Shown one piece after another: positions 59,012-64,000 of a DNA stretch of 64,000 nt. The translations under genes and the position numbers were made by a program. The stretch is from an uncultured Lentisphaerota bacterium (lineage in GTDB: Bacteria; Verrucomicrobiota; Lentisphaeria; Victivallales; UBA1829): the NCBI GenBank assembly GCA_900320095.1, contig ONQZ01000005.1:31-64030 (forward strand), in the 5' to 3' direction. The number at the start of each line of letters is the position of its first letter. Within the stretch, counting starts at the first letter, position 1. Under the pieces are notes generated by a model. The model was not told the DNA's origin, made no database searches, and saw only the letters and a program-made list of their open reading frames with translations.

Positions 59012-59050
59012 TCTGCATTGCGGCGGCAACGCCGCAATGCAGAACTTTTT
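59012..59050 (+). terminator. strong rho-independent terminator/attenuator between the peptide gene and the enzyme genes
   Basis: Perfect 12-bp GC-rich stem TGCATTGCGGCG/CGCCGCAATGCA (extendable to 14 bp) with a GCAA (GNRA) tetraloop, followed by AACTTTTT. Confidence 0.8.
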
Positions 59051-59065
59051 CCAGCCTATTTTACT

Positions 59066-60013
59066 ATGAATTCAAGTGTTCAGGACAGTCAGGAAATCAA
59101 AACGCATCATCAGGCGTACCGCCGGATCGTGTTGAATCTGCACGGCGGCGGTCACATCATATTATGTACAGAACCCCCGGAAGAGAAGATACTGTTTGAT
59201 GGCTTTACGCAGCTTTTATGTATGGAAGCAAATCCTTCCGAACGGGAATCGGGAACATTTGATCTGGAGTTTGTTCCCCCGTCCGAGCTTCCGGAAAAAC
59301 GACATCCGCTGATCAAAACGGCATTGACCGAGGTGGCGTATACGGAGGACTGGAGTCATATTCTGATCGGCGGATGGAAAAAGGCTCCCCATGACAAACA
59401 CTACTATAAAAACTATCTCTGGCTGACGGGACTGATCTTCGCCGGGATGAACGCGCTTTTGCGCGGGGAGAAGGCGGTATTGGTGCATTGTACGGCGCTG
59501 GAGACGGACCGCGGCGTGGTGCTGCTGTTCGGGGAAAGCGGGATGGGGAAAAGCACGGTATCGGCGCGGTGGCGCGCGCACGGAGGGAAATGTATTTCCG
59601 ACGACATGGCGCTGATGGATTTCAGCGGAGGGGATACGGTGTATGTTCGGCGGATGCCGACGTGGAGCGCATGTCGCGAGGGGAAAAATGAGTGGAACTA
59701 CCCGGCTGGGGAGGAACTGCCGTTGATCGGTGTCCTGGCGCTTGGGCGCAATGAGAGCAGGACCGGCGGGGACCAGATCGTGGAATTGAGCGCGGCGCAG
59801 TATTACGCGCAGTGCTACCGGTCGATGTTCTACTGGAACCTGCTTTATGCGGACAAACTGCCGGAGGCGATGCAGCGGCGTCTGGGAGACCGCATCCGGG
59901 CGCTGACGAACATCATCACGGGGAAATACCCGCCGCGTGCGCTGCTGACCGTACTTGAGGGGAATCCGATCCCGGTGATCGAATCCTATCTGGAAAGCCT
60001 TGGTGTGCGATGA
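59066..60013 (+). CDS. HPr kinase-like (HprK C-terminal domain family) serine kinase
   Basis: HCTALETDRGVVLLFGESGMGKSTVSARW...GKCISDDMALMD matches the HprK P-loop plus downstream DD motif. Start moved to ATG 59066 because the track start (TTG 58985) would place the terminator hairpin inside the CDS. Confidence 0.75.
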   Translation: MNSSVQDSQEIKTHHQAYRRIVLNLHGGGHIILCTEPPEEKILFDGFTQLLCMEANPSERESGTFDLEFVPPSELPEKRHPLIKTALTEVAYTEDWSHILIGGWKKAPHDKHYYKNYLWLTGLIFAGMNALLRGEKAVLVHCTALETDRGVVLLFGESGMGKSTVSARWRAHGGKCISDDMALMDFSGGDTVYVRRMPTWSACREGKNEWNYPAGEELPLIGVLALGRNESRTGGDQIVELSAAQYYAQCYRSMFYWNLLYADKLPEAMQRRLGDRIRALTNIITGKYPPRALLTVLEGNPIPVIESYLESLGVR

Positions 60014-61050
60014 AACCGAAAGTGTCGATTATCATCCCCGTGTACAACGGGGAAAAGACTGTGCGGGAAAGCTTGGAATCGGTTTTAACGCAGTCCCTGC
60101 GCGAAATCGAGGTGCTTTGCATCAACGACGGTTCGACGGACGGGACGGCGGCTGTCCTGCGTGAAATGGCCGCGGGCGACAGCCGCGTGCGGCTTTACGG
60201 ATTCGAGAAGAACCATGGGATCGTGCTGGCGGTGAAGACGGGGCTGCTGGAAGCGCGCGGGGACTATGTGATGTTCGTGGACGCGGACGACATCCTGCTG
60301 CCGGGGGCGATCGAGAACGCGGTGCGTCTGATCGAGCAATATGACGTGGACATCCTGCAGTTCGCGATTCGCGTAAAACACCCGAAAGGGGCAAACATCG
60401 GCGCATTCATGAAATCGCTGCAGTGTTTGCCGATGGAATCGTCCGGGGCAAAGATCCTGTACGACTGCTTCTGTATGCACCGGTTCCCGCACAACGTTTA
60501 TACGAAGATCTATCGGAGCAGTGTTTGCCGTACCGCAGCGGAAAACATGCCGGACATTGAGCTTAAACAATTCACGGACCTGTACCTGTCGTTCTTTTTT
60601 CTGTACTTTGCGAAGACATTCCGGAGCGTGGTGGAGGGGCCGTACTACGAATATCGGTTCCTCGGGGCCGGGGTGTTTTCCGCGCCACCGACAGCGTTGC
60701 AATTCGAGCAGATGTGCGCGACAAGCGAAATCCTGCCGCTGATCGAAGAATTCCTTCGGGACCGGCACGAATACGCCGCCCGGAAGTTCCTGGTGGACTC
60801 CATCGGCGTCATCCTGCGATGCGGCGTGCTGGACAAACTGATGGGGCTGCCCGAGATCACGGCGGAGACGATCAAGCTGGCTGAGGAACACTGGGGCAGC
60901 GACCTGATCTACGAATTTATCCGGGAAACCGGGCTGCTTGACGTGCCGTGCGAAACCCGGCGCGGCATCGTAACAAAGCTGGCCGGGGAAAACCGGAAAC
61001 TCCGGAACAACCAAACAACGATAACGATATCAAATACGAAGGGAATCTGA
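60010..61050 (+). CDS. family 2 glycosyltransferase
   Basis: VSIIIPVYNGEKTVRESLESVLTQS...CINDGSTDGT...FVDADD are classic GT2 (GT-A, DxD) blocks. ATGA overlap with the kinase gene. Confidence 0.9.
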   Translation: MKPKVSIIIPVYNGEKTVRESLESVLTQSLREIEVLCINDGSTDGTAAVLREMAAGDSRVRLYGFEKNHGIVLAVKTGLLEARGDYVMFVDADDILLPGAIENAVRLIEQYDVDILQFAIRVKHPKGANIGAFMKSLQCLPMESSGAKILYDCFCMHRFPHNVYTKIYRSSVCRTAAENMPDIELKQFTDLYLSFFFLYFAKTFRSVVEGPYYEYRFLGAGVFSAPPTALQFEQMCATSEILPLIEEFLRDRHEYAARKFLVDSIGVILRCGVLDKLMGLPEITAETIKLAEEHWGSDLIYEFIRETGLLDVPCETRRGIVTKLAGENRKLRNNQTTITISNTKGI

Positions 61051-61052
61051 GG

Positions 61053-61313
61053 ATGAAACTGAACCCGTTTGCAACGATGGCGCCGCAATTCGACGGAACC
61101 GGCCTGGTATTCGACCCGAACACCAACGCGGCGTTTTCGCTGAACAAGACCGGCGTGTACCTTTGGAACCTGGTGAAAGAAGGCGCGACCGAGGCGGAAA
61201 TGATTTCCGGCCTGTGCGGCAAATACGAGGACGTGAGCGAGTCGCAGGCGGCCGAGGATGTGAGGGCGTTCCTGGAGGATCTTCGAAACCGGTCGCTGGT
61301 GTCGGAGGCGTGA
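61053..61313 (+). CDS. PqqD family protein (RiPP recognition element-like)
   Basis: 86 aa: ...GLVFDPNTNAAFSLNKTGVYLWNLVKEGATEAEMISGLCGKYEDVSESQAAEDVRAFLEDLRNRSLV. This is the canonical PqqD/RRE pattern (beta strands then a winged helix). It starts 2 nt after the GT2 stop. Confidence 0.8.
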   Translation: MKLNPFATMAPQFDGTGLVFDPNTNAAFSLNKTGVYLWNLVKEGATEAEMISGLCGKYEDVSESQAAEDVRAFLEDLRNRSLVSEA

Positions 61314-61320
61314 ATTTGCG

Positions 61321-61938
61321 ATGAACGGGCCGGGAACGCCGAAGGAGGCGCATTACACGGGGAACAGCATGCGGGGGGCATTCGTGCCCGGGGAAATCCT
61401 TTTCCTCGCGGAAACGGCCCTTGAAACGCTTCAGATCGGCGATGTGGTCGCGATCTTCGAGCGCACGCCATACTACGTGCACCGGATCGTCGAAAAAGAC
61501 GCGTCCGGCGCCGTCACGATGGGCGACAACAACGACCGTCCGGATTCGCTGAGGCTGACGCCGGACAGCCGGCTCAAACTGGTCGTCCGCGCACGATCTC
61601 TGAACGGGACCGTGCGGCCCGTGCCCGGCGGCGATGCCGGAATGGAGATGTTCCGCCGCCAGCAGCGCAGACGGAAGATGCGGCGGATTGCCGGTTGTCT
61701 GCTTCGCCCGTTCAAGCCGCTGAAATTCCTGCGGCTCCCGGCGAACACGGAAACGCGATTCCGCGACGGAACGGTGCAGTGGAGTTTCGGAAGGATCCCC
61801 GTGGCCGCCGGTGCGCCCGACGGGAAAAGGATGTATCTGCACTGGTCGAAACGTCTGTTTTTCCGGATTCCGAAGCAGGCATCGGGCTCGGCATCCGGGC
61901 AGTCCGCGCAGGAAAAACAAGCCGAAGGAGGGAAATGA
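61321..61938 (+). CDS. S26 (signal-peptidase-fold) serine peptidase-like protein, Ser/His type, without transmembrane anchor
   Basis: GNSMRGAF (nucleophile box), IGDVVAIF...YVHRIV (His where bacterial SPase I has the general-base Lys, as in ER/archaeal/SipW-type enzymes), and MGDNNDRPDS (GDN box). No hydrophobic segment precedes the Ser. The C-terminal half is basic. Confidence 0.65.
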   Translation: MNGPGTPKEAHYTGNSMRGAFVPGEILFLAETALETLQIGDVVAIFERTPYYVHRIVEKDASGAVTMGDNNDRPDSLRLTPDSRLKLVVRARSLNGTVRPVPGGDAGMEMFRRQQRRRKMRRIAGCLLRPFKPLKFLRLPANTETRFRDGTVQWSFGRIPVAAGAPDGKRMYLHWSKRLFFRIPKQASGSASGQSAQEKQAEGGK

Positions 61939-61941
61939 GCC

Positions 61942-63135
61942 ATGAGTTACGATTACGGGATTCCGTCTTGCCTTCTTCAGTTTCTCGGCGCCTGCATGTT
62001 CGGTGATGCCAAAGACTATTACAGCCGTCAGAACGAATCCCGGAGGGGCGAACTGGAATCCGAGGTGAAAAGCTTCGGCCTGACAGCGTGGGCCTACCGG
62101 TATCTGTACGATGCGCTGCCGGAAGCGGAGCGGACGGAATACCGGAAGGACTACCAGGCGCGACAGGTGAAGGCCCTGATGGGATCGCAGGAACTGAAAC
62201 GACTCTATCGCGTGCTGGCGGAGCATCACCTGCGATTCGTACCGATCAAAGGCGCGGACCTGGCATATCGCCTGTACCCGGATACCGCACTGCGCATGTT
62301 CGGAGACTGGGACATCTGGTTCCATCCCGATGACTGTGAACGTGCGCTCTCCGTACTGGCAAACGACGGCTGGAATGCGATGAAAATGTATTCGGACGCC
62401 CAGGATGCCGCATTCAAATCCACAGAACACCATTTCTCTCCGCATGCGCGCGGACCATACGTCATCGAACCGCATTTCACGCTCGCCAACTTCGATGGTA
62501 TTGATCCGCTCGAAATCTGGAAATACACCGTGGAATATCCCGCCGGGGACGGTCAGCGGGTCCTCTCCCCGGAAATGAATCTGCTTATGCTCACCCGCCA
62601 CGCCGCATCCCAGTCGTATTATCATGCCGACATCCCGAAACTGCTTACGGATGCGGCTGTAATAATACGAAACGAAAACATCGATTATGAAGGACTCCGG
62701 AATCTGGCGGCCCGATGGCATCTGCCGTATCCGGGCGACCTGCTGGCGGCTTTCCCCGAGTTCTTCCCCGCCGATGCGATCGCGGATTTCAAGGCGGATT
62801 TGAAGAAAACCGCCGATTTCCGCCGGATCTTCGAACTCCGCGGCAAACTCGGAAAACCCGAAAACGTATCCCTTCTTCTGAGCAGGAATCAAGCACAGGG
62901 ACATGTCGTCGGAGGCGTGCTGGAGGTGATCCGGACTCATAACCCCATCATGATACGCCGAGTGTACCATCTGCCAAAACATGGCGCATGGGACCGGGTC
63001 CTGTGGGGGTATGTCTGCTGGTTCTGGACGCGGGGCTGCCGCGCGGTTTCCGCATGTTTCCGATGGAATCCGAACCTGAAAAAGTATACCGCCCTTGTCG
63101 AGTCCGTGGATTCGACGTCATCCCGGACCAAATAG
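61942..63135 (+). CDS. NTP_transf_5-type 'uncharacterised nucleotidyltransferase' family protein
   Basis: ...LRFVPIKGADLAYRLYPDTALRMFGDWDIWFHPDDCERALSVLANDGW... is the hallmark block of this family (KG..L....Y....R...D.D.....). It starts 3 nt after the peptidase stop. Confidence 0.7.
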   Translation: MSYDYGIPSCLLQFLGACMFGDAKDYYSRQNESRRGELESEVKSFGLTAWAYRYLYDALPEAERTEYRKDYQARQVKALMGSQELKRLYRVLAEHHLRFVPIKGADLAYRLYPDTALRMFGDWDIWFHPDDCERALSVLANDGWNAMKMYSDAQDAAFKSTEHHFSPHARGPYVIEPHFTLANFDGIDPLEIWKYTVEYPAGDGQRVLSPEMNLLMLTRHAASQSYYHADIPKLLTDAAVIIRNENIDYEGLRNLAARWHLPYPGDLLAAFPEFFPADAIADFKADLKKTADFRRIFELRGKLGKPENVSLLLSRNQAQGHVVGGVLEVIRTHNPIMIRRVYHLPKHGAWDRVLWGYVCWFWTRGCRAVSACFRWNPNLKKYTALVESVDSTSSRTK

Positions 63136-63169
63136 TCGGCCGCACTCGGCCGGACAGTTCCATCCGCTC

Positions 63170-63241
63170 CGGACAACAGCGTGTATCATTTCTTTATTTA
63201 TGCAGCGGACAACAGCCCGTATTTTTTTCTGTTTATGATGT
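63170..63241. repeat. imperfect 36-bp tandem direct repeat just downstream of the operon
   Basis: CGGACAACAGCgtGTATcatTTCTtTaTTTATG (63170) and CGGACAACAGCccGTATtttTTTCTgTTTATG (63206) lie head to tail. Confidence 0.6.
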
Positions 63242-63352
63242 TTGGATGGTTTGGCAACGGCGTATTACAGTATTCATAGCTTCGATAAAGAACGAAAGAC
63301 GTTGAAGCGTCTTTTCGGACGCTGAGAGAACTCACGCATCCTCATTGAAGTC

Positions 63353-63387
63353 GCCGATGAGACCTCCTTTTTTTCATCGGCTTTTTG
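63353..63387 (+). terminator. rho-independent terminator candidate
   Basis: GCCGATGA / TCATCGGC 8-bp stem with a 13-nt loop, followed by TTTTTGCTTTT. Confidence 0.5.
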
Positions 63388-63832
63388 CTTTTCCGGATTT
63401 GATATTTCTCAGCTATGGGAGAACGGCGGGAGTGAATGCCCCCGGCGCTCAACATAAATTCTCTGCGTTCGTCCAAATCGTTTTCCTCTCGAAAAAACGT
63501 AGGTCAAGTTTGTCGCGGAAAAGCGGTAGGCATATGGGAGTTGAAAGGCCTTACGTTTTGGGTCATTTTGAGGTTAAACCGCTGAATCGGGGATGTCTCG
63601 CGACGTTTTCGGACCCCAAAAGAGAAAGAGTTTTTTTGAACCGTATGCCAACCATATGTCCAGGACAAACTCGTGGTCACATGACTTACGAAACAGGGTA
63701 TAAGAGCTTAGAAACGGCACATAAGAACTCGTACCCCCATGCCGGAACCAATCCGGCATGGGGGTGCAGTATTTGAATATATATTTTTAGCCTACAGAAA
63801 GAAAACCTGAACCCATACCATCGGAATTGACA

Positions 63833-64000
63833 TCAAATATACCAGACCGGAATCTGAAGCACATTTTCCCGAAGTCGTCCAGGCTGTGGACAGTTGCAGA
63901 GAATTGCGCCGGAACCTCGCTTCGAGGATTTGACCTTGTCCAGAATCTGGAATGCTGCAGTTTCCGTTGCTTTCACGTTGGCGCTCTGCTTAATCTCAAT
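63833..64000 (-). CDS. C-terminal end of an unidentified ORF entering from the right window edge
   Basis: The reverse strand is open from the window edge: IEIKQSANVKATETAAFQILDKVKSSKRGSGAILCNCPQPGRLRENVLQIPVWYI*. No family was recognised. Confidence 0.3.
   Translation of the reverse strand: MEIKQSANVKATETAAFQILDKVKSSKRGSGAILCNCPQPGRLRENVLQIPVWYI

Noticed and set aside
58985-59065. Track start (TTG 58985) for the kinase ORF.
   Set aside because: This 5' extension contains the 12-14 bp terminator hairpin and T-run. The first ATG after it (59066) is the more plausible start.
61030-62982. 650-aa minus-strand ORF spanning the PqqD, peptidase and nucleotidyltransferase genes.
   Set aside because: The plus-strand genes carry recognisable family motifs and are translationally coupled. 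The antisense product is Arg/Pro/Gly-rich with no recognisable domain.
63345-63776. 143-aa ORF in the tail region.
   Set aside because: It has no host-like codon bias. It reads through a terminator hairpin and a 12-bp inverted repeat, and the product looks random.

Overview
This is a high-GC bacterial chromosomal segment. All GC statements here are by-eye estimates, not computed. It is mostly densely packed housekeeping genes.

Gene content, left to right:
- An AT-rich phage-type integrase fragment abuts a tRNA cluster (Gly-TCC, Tyr-GTA, Lys-TTT).
- Next come dnaE, a standalone KAS II, dus, smpB-dnaJ-grpE-clpB, gltA and hisI.
- These are followed by a MurB-Ddl fusion, tsaB, glycosidases, an M42 peptidase, holA, lnt, nadB, pcnB, an orphan DNA methyltransferase and a GH35 beta-galactosidase.
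- Then come folK-serA and a DeoR-linked 2-oxoacid dehydrogenase operon (E2-E3-fused E1 alpha/beta).

Several traits suggest a PVC-group organism (Lentisphaerota, Kiritimatiellota or Verrucomicrobiota-like). These are Pmp-like GGA/FxxN repeats, an H-X9-DG-like domain and a Mur-enzyme fusion. This placement is inference only.

The stand-out region is 49.4-63.2 kb:
- A promoter-like site and one or two unknown ORFs lead into a 2,777-aa beta-helix-type repeat protein. That protein has no signal peptide and no recognisable anchor.
- 42 nt downstream lies an unannotated 48-aa acidic Gly/Ser-rich peptide gene, closed by a very strong GNRA-tetraloop terminator.
- A tightly coupled five-gene set follows: HPr-kinase-like kinase, GT2 glycosyltransferase, PqqD-like RRE, a TM-less Ser/His S26-type peptidase and an NTP_transf_5 nucleotidyltransferase.
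- This looks like a RiPP-type peptide-maturation system that lacks every known class-defining core enzyme.

No rRNA, CRISPR array or intact transposon was seen. Start codons were chosen by eye (signal peptides, RBS, overlaps) and may be off. No database search was possible.
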